Assembly: GCA_965227295.1 (NCBI GenBank)
Contig: OZ245742.1
Span: 896,001 to 960,000, forward strand
Source of the DNA: Leptonemataceae bacterium
Lineage (GTDB): Bacteria > Spirochaetota > Leptospiria > Leptospirales > Leptonemataceae
Reading direction: 5' to 3'
Length of the DNA: 64,000 bases
Each line of letters begins with the position of its first letter. Position 1 is the first letter of the stretch. Below the pieces are notes generated by a model that did not search any database, was not told the origin of the DNA, and saw nothing but the letters and a program-made list of their open reading frames with translations. Of the stretch, positions 51,347-58,889 are shown piece by piece. The position numbers and the translations under genes are program-made.

Positions 51347-52564
51347 TCAGTGCGGACCGAAGTCCAGCTCCACGGCCGGCGGATACAGGCGCGGAAAGAG
51401 ATAGCCCACCATCTTGAGCGGGAACTTAACGAACACTGGACCGCGCGGGGTGTCCGAACCGAGATAGTTCTCATCGATCAGTTTCTTTAAGAGCCTCCGG
51501 GCGTTGCGTTCATGCAGGCCTGTAATACGGGCCACTTCGCCCCGGGGAATCGATCCGCGCAGAACGGCGTCGCGCAGAAAATGAAACGACTCCGGCGGCA
51601 TTCCGGATCGATTCACGTAGCGATGCAGGCGCTCGCACAGGCCGTCGAGTTCAAGCAGGTCACTCATGTAACGAACCTGATCGAGGCATGTCTCTAAAAA
51701 GTACATACAGAAATCCGCGAGTCCGCTTTCACTTAGTTTGCCGCGGCCGTCCAGGTCCCCCTTGCGCGGATGATCGGCGGCGGCCAGTTGGAATTTATAC
51801 GTATCGCCGCCGCGGGCCAATCCCCGTGACGGTGACCACAAACCGCCGCCATCCACGCCGGCTTTGATCAAACACGCGCGCGTAAACAATCGCGTAATCC
51901 GACCGTTGCCGTCCAGGAACGGATGAATCCAGGCGAGCCGGTGATGGGCCGCGGCCATGTACGCGATGCGAACGTCGTCGCGGATCGCCTTTGCATAGAA
52001 ATCGCGAAAGCGCTTCAAAAATTGCCGCAGGGCTCTCGGTGCCGGTGGATGATGCCGGCCGACCGTAACGTGATCGCTGCGAATCTTACCGGGAACCACC
52101 GTGGCGGCCTTCTTCGTCTCGGGGTCCTCCACGATTCGGTAGCGCCCGGGCAGACGCTCGTAAAACTCGCGGTGCAGCCAGCAGAGAAACTCCGCGCTGT
52201 ATACATCGAACTCCGGCTCCGCGGCCAGACGCCCTTCGAGGAGCATCTCCACATCGATATGCGCCTTGCCGATCAACACCAGGTCATATTCGCTGGAATG
52301 CTCCGGATACTCTTTCGACAGCGCGCGTTCGATCGATACCGGATGTGTATTGTGACCTTCGATGAGGTTCGAGTAGTACGAGTTCATGTTCCGCAGCAGG
52401 CTCGCCACATGCCAGCGCGTGAGCGGGTGCAACTTCGAACCGAGCGCGGAAGATTCCCGGGCCAGATCCCGGGCGACCTGGAGAATACGCTCGCGGCCGC
52501 GTTCCGGGAAGAGGGGCTCCATGGCGACGGGGAGCGAGGGAAATCTGTCCACTAATTTGGCCAC
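51347..52564 (-). CDS. Fic-domain protein with N-terminal SxxxEG motif and C-terminal HTH-like region
   Basis: HPFLDGNGRITR catalytic motif and SNLIEG inhibitory-type motif; start is GTG 52564 or an ATG about 40 nt further in. Confidence 0.92.
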   Translation of the reverse strand: MAKLVDRFPSLPVAMEPLFPERGRERILQVARDLARESSALGSKLHPLTRWHVASLLRNMNSYYSNLIEGHNTHPVSIERALSKEYPEHSSEYDLVLIGKAHIDVEMLLEGRLAAEPEFDVYSAEFLCWLHREFYERLPGRYRIVEDPETKKAATVVPGKIRSDHVTVGRHHPPAPRALRQFLKRFRDFYAKAIRDDVRIAYMAAAHHRLAWIHPFLDGNGRITRLFTRACLIKAGVDGGGLWSPSRGLARGGDTYKFQLAAADHPRKGDLDGRGKLSESGLADFCMYFLETCLDQVRYMSDLLELDGLCERLHRYVNRSGMPPESFHFLRDAVLRGSIPRGEVARITGLHERNARRLLKKLIDENYLGSDTPRGPVFVKFPLKMVGYLFPRLYPPAVELDFGPH

Positions 52565-52789
52565 TGCGGACTGGATCGAACGTCTCCAGAATCGTTATTT
52601 CAAGTAAAAATCTGGGAATTTCTCCAGGTGCCGGAAAAATCTCAACCACTAAATCGTCCTCTAATTCGAGCATGATTCAGAGCACGATACCCACTCTGCA
52701 ATATCAATGTCTACGGTTAGATCATCATGAGGCCCCGAAGCAAACCAATTGATATCAGCCATGAATCGTGCTGAATCGAACTCGTGCGA

Positions 52790-54328
52790 CTAAACATGAT
52801 GCAGCAAGAACCTCAGAATCGACCGCGTCGCAATGCCCGTCGCTTTATCGTCGCTGCTCATATCTCCACCGGCAATGTCCAGGTGAATCACCGGCCGATC
52901 TTCCGGGACACCATTCATTACGAACGCCGCGGCGGTCTGGGCCCCGCGCATCTTGCCCTGCATGGTGTTGATAATGTCCGCGCCGTCTAACTTAGAGGCG
53001 ATGTCCTCGAAATCCTCTTCCGCAAGATCCAGGACCTGCACCCGATCGCCCGCGCGGCGGGCCGCGGCTTCCATGCGGTCGCGCCAGGATTCGTGTTCGC
53101 GACGGCTCATGAGTGCAATCGACATGCCCACGGCGCGCGAGGCCGCGCCGGTGAGCGTGGCCGTGGTAACGATGGCTTCCGGCTCATCTTGCTCCGCCAT
53201 GGCAATGGCGTCGATCAATGTAAGTCGTCCTTCCGCGTCCGTGTGGCGAATCTCCACCTTCTTGCCGCAGGTCGTGTCGACGATGCTGTCCGGCAGCATG
53301 GCGTCGGCGTCGATCATATTCGGCGTGGCGGCGAGATAGGCGCGGACTTCCAGGCCGGGCGGCTTTAACTCTGACAGAGCGTACATTACGCCGAGAACCG
53401 CCGCGCCGCCGGCCATGTCCGCCTTCATGGTGTTCATGAATTCGCCGGGTTTGATTTGATAGCCGCCGGTATCGAAGATTACGGACTTGCCGACGAGGGC
53501 CAGGCGCCGTTTGATCTCACCCTGGGGTTTGTAGCGCAGACGAATCCACTTGGGCGGATCGCTGCTCAACGAACCGCGCGCCACCGTAAAGAAACACGGC
53601 ATGTGCTCCTGAATCCAGCGCACGTCCGAAACGACGTCCAGCTCCAGGCCGCGGGCTTCGAGACTCTCGGCCTCGTTCACCATCGTGTCGGTGCGCTTTA
53701 TGTTGGAAGGCATGTTCACGAGATCCTGCGTGATGCCCCGCGCTGTACACATCGCCGCGATTTCCGCAAGCATCTGCTGCGACTGCGCGGGCAGGTTCCC
53801 CTGCGCCACGTAAAAGATGACCTTACCGATGCGCGGCCCGTCTTTGCGCGCTTCCCGCGAACGATACGTATGCTGATAGATCGCGCTGCCCAGCGCAAGC
53901 AGCGCCGAATCGAAGGGCATATCCATGCCGGCCGCGACCACGCCGATCTCACCGATTTGATCCAGGCGCAAATGCGCGGACAGGGCCTTCGTACACGCCG
54001 CCTCCAGGCGGTGCGCCGGCAGATCGGCGTTGCCGCAACCGAAAACGATCACGCGTTTGGCGCCGATGCCCTGCAACATGGACGGCGACGGAAGATAGAG
54101 TGATTTGCCGAAGGCACCGCCGAAGCTTTCTTCTTCGAGGAAACTCTGTAGAGCGCCGTTGCTGCGTTCGTTGAGATCCTTGAGGGCGTCGTTCCATCTC
54201 ACGATGGTTTCGCCGGCGCTGTTCTTTTCAGTGAAGGCAGGAACCAACAGGACGTCGGCGGCGGCATCGGCCGGGCTCGCGGCAGTCGTGGTTTCGCGAA
54301 TGTCGAGATCAATGCGTGTAACGGGCAT
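52790..54328 (-). CDS. pepA: M17 leucyl aminopeptidase
   Basis: LVGKSVIFDTGG, MKADMAG, HTDAEGRL, ATLTGA and HLDIAG motifs. Confidence 0.88.
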   Translation of the reverse strand: MPVTRIDLDIRETTTAASPADAAADVLLVPAFTEKNSAGETIVRWNDALKDLNERSNGALQSFLEEESFGGAFGKSLYLPSPSMLQGIGAKRVIVFGCGNADLPAHRLEAACTKALSAHLRLDQIGEIGVVAAGMDMPFDSALLALGSAIYQHTYRSREARKDGPRIGKVIFYVAQGNLPAQSQQMLAEIAAMCTARGITQDLVNMPSNIKRTDTMVNEAESLEARGLELDVVSDVRWIQEHMPCFFTVARGSLSSDPPKWIRLRYKPQGEIKRRLALVGKSVIFDTGGYQIKPGEFMNTMKADMAGGAAVLGVMYALSELKPPGLEVRAYLAATPNMIDADAMLPDSIVDTTCGKKVEIRHTDAEGRLTLIDAIAMAEQDEPEAIVTTATLTGAASRAVGMSIALMSRREHESWRDRMEAAARRAGDRVQVLDLAEEDFEDIASKLDGADIINTMQGKMRGAQTAAAFVMNGVPEDRPVIHLDIAGGDMSSDDKATGIATRSILRFLLHHV

Positions 54329-54450
54329 GGGATAACACTTTTCTAACGAAATGCTCACCGGCAATTCTAAAAAAGAAGAACATCTCCATTTCCCCGCGGC
54401 TCTAAAAACGGTGGCAGGATCTCCTGCTTCTGCTAGAAACGCCCGGTATC

Positions 54451-54939
54451 ATGTCTCGACACTCGTACAGTCGCGTACGTTCTCTACGCTCCGGACGCTC
54501 GCGCTTCGCCGTCGTGAGTTTTGCAGTTCTGCTGCCGCTCGCCGTCTTCGCGCTACCGCCCATGCTGCCGCTGGAGCAGCGCGCCGCGGGTTCGGAGATC
54601 GTCATCGTCGCCCAGGTCAGCGACGTGCGCCGGGTCCCCTTCAACGAGATCAGCGAAAGCGTAACCGCCCGGGTAAAGGTCGAGCAAACGCTCAAGGGCG
54701 CGACGCCGCCGGAGTTTGAGCTGGCCTTCCTGGTTTTTCCGCAGACTTTTGAAAAACACCTGCGAAAGCCCATGGGCAACGGACGGTACATCCTCTTCTT
54801 AAACAATCGCACCGTCATCGACGCGGACGGCAACACCGGCGAGGCCATCGTTTTGTTCGAACCGCGGCCCTTTGCGTTTTTCCCGTACAATGAGCAGTCG
54901 CATCGGGAACTCGAGGAAATCATCGCCGCCTCCTCGTAA
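54451..54939 (+). CDS. Exported small protein, possible OB/NTR-like fold
   Basis: Signal peptide (AVFA/L); EIVIVAQV…VKVEQTLKG…GRYILFL pattern. Confidence 0.6.
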   Translation: MSRHSYSRVRSLRSGRSRFAVVSFAVLLPLAVFALPPMLPLEQRAAGSEIVIVAQVSDVRRVPFNEISESVTARVKVEQTLKGATPPEFELAFLVFPQTFEKHLRKPMGNGRYILFLNNRTVIDADGNTGEAIVLFEPRPFAFFPYNEQSHRELEEIIAASS

Positions 54940-54992
54940 GCTCTAATATCACTTTAAACAAATCTAATCGAACTCGACCCAGGAGAAAGACC

Positions 54993-57458
54993 GTGATTCG
55001 AAACCGTCGTTACCCTCTACGCTTCATTCTGGCGGGAACAACCTTTGCCGCACTGTTGTTCACCGTTCCGCTACTAACCCAGGAAAGCTTCGACCCGAAC
55101 AGCGTGCAGCCCACCGGCTGCCAGGGCAAAGGCGGCAAGTACGACTGCGGCATGAAGCCGCCGTCCGCGGAACGCATGGCGTCGATCCCGCTGGCACCCT
55201 CGGCGCAAATTCGCCACCGCGGCCTGCCTTCGCGCGTGGACCTCAGCGGCAACATGCCGCCCATCGGCAACCAGGGTCAGCAGGGTTCCTGCGTCGCCTG
55301 GGCCACCGGCTACGCGCTGAAGTCGTATCACGAACGCGTGGAACGCAACTGGTCCTACGACTCGCCGGTTACCGGCGGTGCGGGCAATCGCGTCTTTTCT
55401 CCGGCGTACATCTACAATCAAATCAACGGCGGCCGGGACGACGGCTCGGTCATCGCCGACGCCCTCGCCCTGATGGTGCGCAGCGGCGCGGCTCCGTGGT
55501 CGGCAATGCCGTACAATCCCAACGACTATCGCACGCAACCGCCGCGGGCGGCGCATCAGGCGGCGGCAAACTATCGCGCGCAATCTTACAAACGCCTGGA
55601 AGCGCACAACATCGACAGCATCAAGGCTGAACTTTCCAAAGGCAACCCCGTGGTCTTCGGCATCGGTGTAGACGATGCGTTTTATCAGGTGAAGTCGGAA
55701 GTCTACGATCGCAACAGCGGGCAGTTCTACGGCGGTCACGCCATGACCCTGGTCGGCTACGACGACAGCAAGCGCTCGCCGAACGGACACAGCGGCGCGT
55801 TTAAGATGATCAACTCCTGGGGCACGTCCTGGGGCGACCGCGGCTATGCCTGGATTTCGTACCGCCACTGGGTGGCATCGCAGCCCTGGGCCCTGGTCAT
55901 GTATGATCGTACGGACAGCGACAACGATTCGCCGGACGAACCGGAACAACTCGAAGACCTCGACGACGAACAGTTGCAACCGCCGGCCCAGGTCAACGCC
56001 TCGCAGGGAACGTTTAAAGACAAGGTCGTGGTCAACTGGGCGCCGGTAAACGGGGCCGTGGTCTACGTCGTGGCCCGCGCCGAACCGACGAACCGCGACA
56101 ACTTCGAGTACGTCGGCTACGCGCAGGAGACCAGCTACGAGGACACCGCCGTTCAACCGGACGTCGCCTATCGTTACATCATCGTCGCCGCGGCGGATCG
56201 CGAGACGTACAGCGATCCGCAACGCTCGCCCATCGCCGAGGGTTACGCAAAGTCGCAACAGCAGGTTACGCGGCCGGGTCAGGTTACCGGTATCAACGCG
56301 CGTGTGAAGGCCGTCGCCGGTCGCGGCGCCGTTTCCATCAACTGGACCGACACCCCGGGCGCCACGAGTTATCAGGTCGTGCGTTACGACGCGCGTTCGA
56401 ACAAGTGGGCGGTCATCTCGCGCTCCACGCGCGGTACTTCGTTCTCCGATTCGAAACCGGTGGCCAACCAGACGAACTACTACAGCGTCCGCGCCGTGAA
56501 TCGCGCCGGCCAGGGCCCCTGGGGCGACCCCGCCTCGGTGGACATCGGCGGCCAGAGCACGGCACCGGAAATCCCGACGGGCATAACTGCAACTCAGGGT
56601 ACGTTTAAGTCGAAGATCGACGTCTCCTGGAACAGCGTGCCCGGCGCCTCGGCCTACTACGTCTTCCGTTACGATTATAACGAGGAAGAGTGGCAGGGAC
56701 CGAAGACCGTGACGTCCAACTCGTTCTCGGACGATCATCCGTCCGTGTCCAGCGGGGCGTGGTTCGCCTACATCGTCGTGGCGGGTAACGAGGCCGGCAA
56801 CAGCGACTACAGCGAACCCGTGCTCGGCAAAACGAATCCGAACGCCACTCGCGCGGGCATGGTCCTGCCGGCGCCGGAAGACGTGAAGGCGAAGATCGGC
56901 GAGGACGGCTCCATCACCATCTCCTGGAAGAAAGTGAAGGGCGCCGATGAGTACTACGTCTTCCGGAAAAAAGAGAAGGCCGACGAATACGAATTCGTGA
57001 CCGGCGTCCCCGGCCTGAAAGATCGCTACATTGAAAAGTTTCCGGGAGAACCCGGCGAACTCTACTACTATGTGATCCGCACCAAGTCGGCCCTCGGCGG
57101 TGAGTCCGAGAACTCCGAGGCCGTCGCCGGATTCATCAACAAGCAACGCGATGCCGTTCGCCATCGCTTCCTGCCCGGCAAGGGTATCGAGCGATTCACC
57201 GGTAAGTGGACGGCCATGTCCTGGTCCGGCGGCGCCCCGACTCAGTACGAGGCCGACATCTCCGCGAACGGCGGGGACTTTACGATCTCGATGCAGTCCG
57301 GCAAGGGCCGCGCGAAAACCTACAAGGGCAGCTACGTTTCCGAGAGTGACATCATGGAAACGAAGGACATCAAGCTGGTGCTAACTGATGTCGAGGGAAC
57401 GTTAGTCGCAACGATTTATGGACGAAACGACAAGACTGTTACGTTTACGCGGCAGTAA
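54993..57458 (+). CDS. Secreted papain-like (C1A) cysteine protease with fibronectin type III repeats
   Basis: GGAG SD; signal peptide; QGQQGSCVAW, GHAMTLVGY and NSWG catalytic residues; about 4 FN3-like units (W…GA..Y.V.R…Y.V.A). Confidence 0.92.
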   Translation: MIRNRRYPLRFILAGTTFAALLFTVPLLTQESFDPNSVQPTGCQGKGGKYDCGMKPPSAERMASIPLAPSAQIRHRGLPSRVDLSGNMPPIGNQGQQGSCVAWATGYALKSYHERVERNWSYDSPVTGGAGNRVFSPAYIYNQINGGRDDGSVIADALALMVRSGAAPWSAMPYNPNDYRTQPPRAAHQAAANYRAQSYKRLEAHNIDSIKAELSKGNPVVFGIGVDDAFYQVKSEVYDRNSGQFYGGHAMTLVGYDDSKRSPNGHSGAFKMINSWGTSWGDRGYAWISYRHWVASQPWALVMYDRTDSDNDSPDEPEQLEDLDDEQLQPPAQVNASQGTFKDKVVVNWAPVNGAVVYVVARAEPTNRDNFEYVGYAQETSYEDTAVQPDVAYRYIIVAAADRETYSDPQRSPIAEGYAKSQQQVTRPGQVTGINARVKAVAGRGAVSINWTDTPGATSYQVVRYDARSNKWAVISRSTRGTSFSDSKPVANQTNYYSVRAVNRAGQGPWGDPASVDIGGQSTAPEIPTGITATQGTFKSKIDVSWNSVPGASAYYVFRYDYNEEEWQGPKTVTSNSFSDDHPSVSSGAWFAYIVVAGNEAGNSDYSEPVLGKTNPNATRAGMVLPAPEDVKAKIGEDGSITISWKKVKGADEYYVFRKKEKADEYEFVTGVPGLKDRYIEKFPGEPGELYYYVIRTKSALGGESENSEAVAGFINKQRDAVRHRFLPGKGIERFTGKWTAMSWSGGAPTQYEADISANGGDFTISMQSGKGRAKTYKGSYVSESDIMETKDIKLVLTDVEGTLVATIYGRNDKTVTFTRQ

Positions 57459-57461
57459 TCC

Positions 57462-57577
57462 CCCGCCCGGTGGACCACCCCTCCTCCGCCGGCCGGTCGC
57501 AATCGCCATCCTGGCTTTAGCGACCGGCCGGCAGACCTCCTGTCTGCCTGGCGAAGAAGGGGTGGCACACGGGCGGG
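57462..57577 (+). repeat. Y-shaped palindromic element D
   Basis: Outer stem CCACCCCT/AGGGGTGG enclosing the hairpins GGCCGGTCGC..GCCATCCTGGC..GCGACCGGCC and GGCAGAC-CTCCT-GTCTGCC. Confidence 0.8.
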
Positions 57578-57687
57578 CCGACACCGCATAAACGATAAGG
57601 CCTGATCAGCCTGGTACACCGAATCTGCTCTCCGAATTCTTCGCACGGCAATCATTCAAAAAACCTTCCCGGCTTTTCTGAGATTCA

Positions 57688-57847
57688 ACCGGCTCGCTCT
57701 TTCTATCAGCTCGTGTTGCCCACCCCTGCCTCGACAGGCGGGCATGGATGCCCGCCACCCCGGACGATAAGGCATGGACGCCGCTTCGGCCGGGGCGAGG
57801 CGGGGGTGGGCAGCACGAGCGCCTGATAGCAGAGCAGGCGAGCCGGT
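57688..57847 (-). repeat. Y-shaped palindromic element E (inverted counterpart of D)
   Basis: Long outer stem (ACCGGCTCGC…GCTCGTGYTGCCCACCCC) enclosing the hairpins GGCGGGCATGGATGCCCGCC and CCCCGG..GGCATGGACGCC..CCGGGG. Confidence 0.8.
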
Positions 57848-57854
57848 GGACTTT

Positions 57855-58559
57855 TCAGAAAAACGGATTCGCTTTTTTTTCTTCGAAGATCCGCGTAAAT
57901 TGACCGTGCCCGGGAATCACTGCTGTCCCATCATCCATTGTAAACAACCGCTCTTTGATGCTCTTGAAGATCAGATCCGTATCCCCGCCCGGCAGGTCCG
58001 TGCGGCCGATGCCCATGCGAAAGAGGGTGTCCCCCGAGAACACCAGTCCGGCCCCGTCCAGTTCGAAACAGCACGAACCCGGCGTGTGACCCGGCGTATG
58101 CAGAACGTTTAACTTTCCCTCTCCGAATTCTAAGCCTTCTTCATCGCTCAGGTGATGATTGATCGTTTCCTCCGCTTCCTGGACCGGCAGGCCGAACATC
58201 TTGCACTGGGCGGGGAGCGCGTTGTAGAGAAACATGTCGCCCTCGTGCAGCGCCACCCGTACGTCGACGGCCTTCGCATTTTGCTGCTCGCCGGCTTTCG
58301 CGGAACAACTGCGCGCGTGCTCCGCCACCTCGTGCGTGCCCAGCACGTGATCAAAGTGCGCATGCGTGTGCACGATCCAGCGGACCCGGGCTCCCTGCTC
58401 TTCCAGCAGCTCAATGATGCGCGGGGCCTCGCCGCCCGGATCGACGACGATCGCCTCCCGACTGCTTTTACAGATGAGAATGGAGCAGTTACAGCCCAGG
58501 GGCGCCACCGGGAAGGTGAAGAGTTCGAATTTATCGCTTGAGTTTCGTACGGCCTGCAT
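57855..58559 (-). CDS. MBL-fold metallo-hydrolase (glyoxalase II-like)
   Basis: DPG, THAHFDH, HTPGHTPG, FSGDTLF, GRTDLPGG and PGHG motifs. Confidence 0.93.
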   Translation of the reverse strand: MQAVRNSSDKFELFTFPVAPLGCNCSILICKSSREAIVVDPGGEAPRIIELLEEQGARVRWIVHTHAHFDHVLGTHEVAEHARSCSAKAGEQQNAKAVDVRVALHEGDMFLYNALPAQCKMFGLPVQEAEETINHHLSDEEGLEFGEGKLNVLHTPGHTPGSCCFELDGAGLVFSGDTLFRMGIGRTDLPGGDTDLIFKSIKERLFTMDDGTAVIPGHGQFTRIFEEKKANPFF

Positions 58560-58565
58560 AACGGA

Positions 58566-58889
58566 TTACAACGTGATCTTCAGTTTTTGGTCTATGTCCG
58601 GATTGGGCGCGGTTTTGAACAATAATACAAAACACGCCGTGGGCATGCGCTCCACCGGACAGGGCGTCGCGAGGATTTCTCCTTCGCAAAGCAGCACGTC
58701 CGGCTCCTGCACGTCGTACGGCACGAAGATCAAGAACGGCTGGGCCTGTTCGCAGGCGAGGAGTTTCGCCTGAAAGGCGGCGTTCACCCGCAACTGCGCG
58801 TCCCAGGCCCGCAGCACGTTATCGGTGCGGCTGCAATACGCAAACAGCAACACCGACAACACTAACACGATCGTGCGACGAACGGACAC
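58566..58889 (-). CDS. Small Cys-containing lipoprotein
   Basis: RRTIVLVLSVLLFAY-C lipobox-like site plus 4 more Cys; stop 6 nt before the MBL start; GTG start estimated. Confidence 0.6.
   Translation of the reverse strand: MSVRRTIVLVLSVLLFAYCSRTDNVLRAWDAQLRVNAAFQAKLLACEQAQPFLIFVPYDVQEPDVLLCEGEILATPCPVERMPTACFVLLFKTAPNPDIDQKLKITL

Noticed and set aside
52667-52784. Integron attC site, SRP RNA or retron msd interpretation of the hairpin
   Set aside because: No RYYYAAC/GTTRRRY ends, no SRP domain IV motif, and no integrase or reverse transcriptase in the window.
52790-54328. HTDAEGRL instead of NTDAEGRL suggesting an inactive aminopeptidase
   Set aside because: The metal ligands and catalytic Lys/Arg appear retained; one substitution is not enough to call it inactive.
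55074-57164. 696-aa ORF antisense to the cysteine protease
   Set aside because: Shadow ORF of a high-GC gene; no motifs, and fully overlaps a well-supported CDS.
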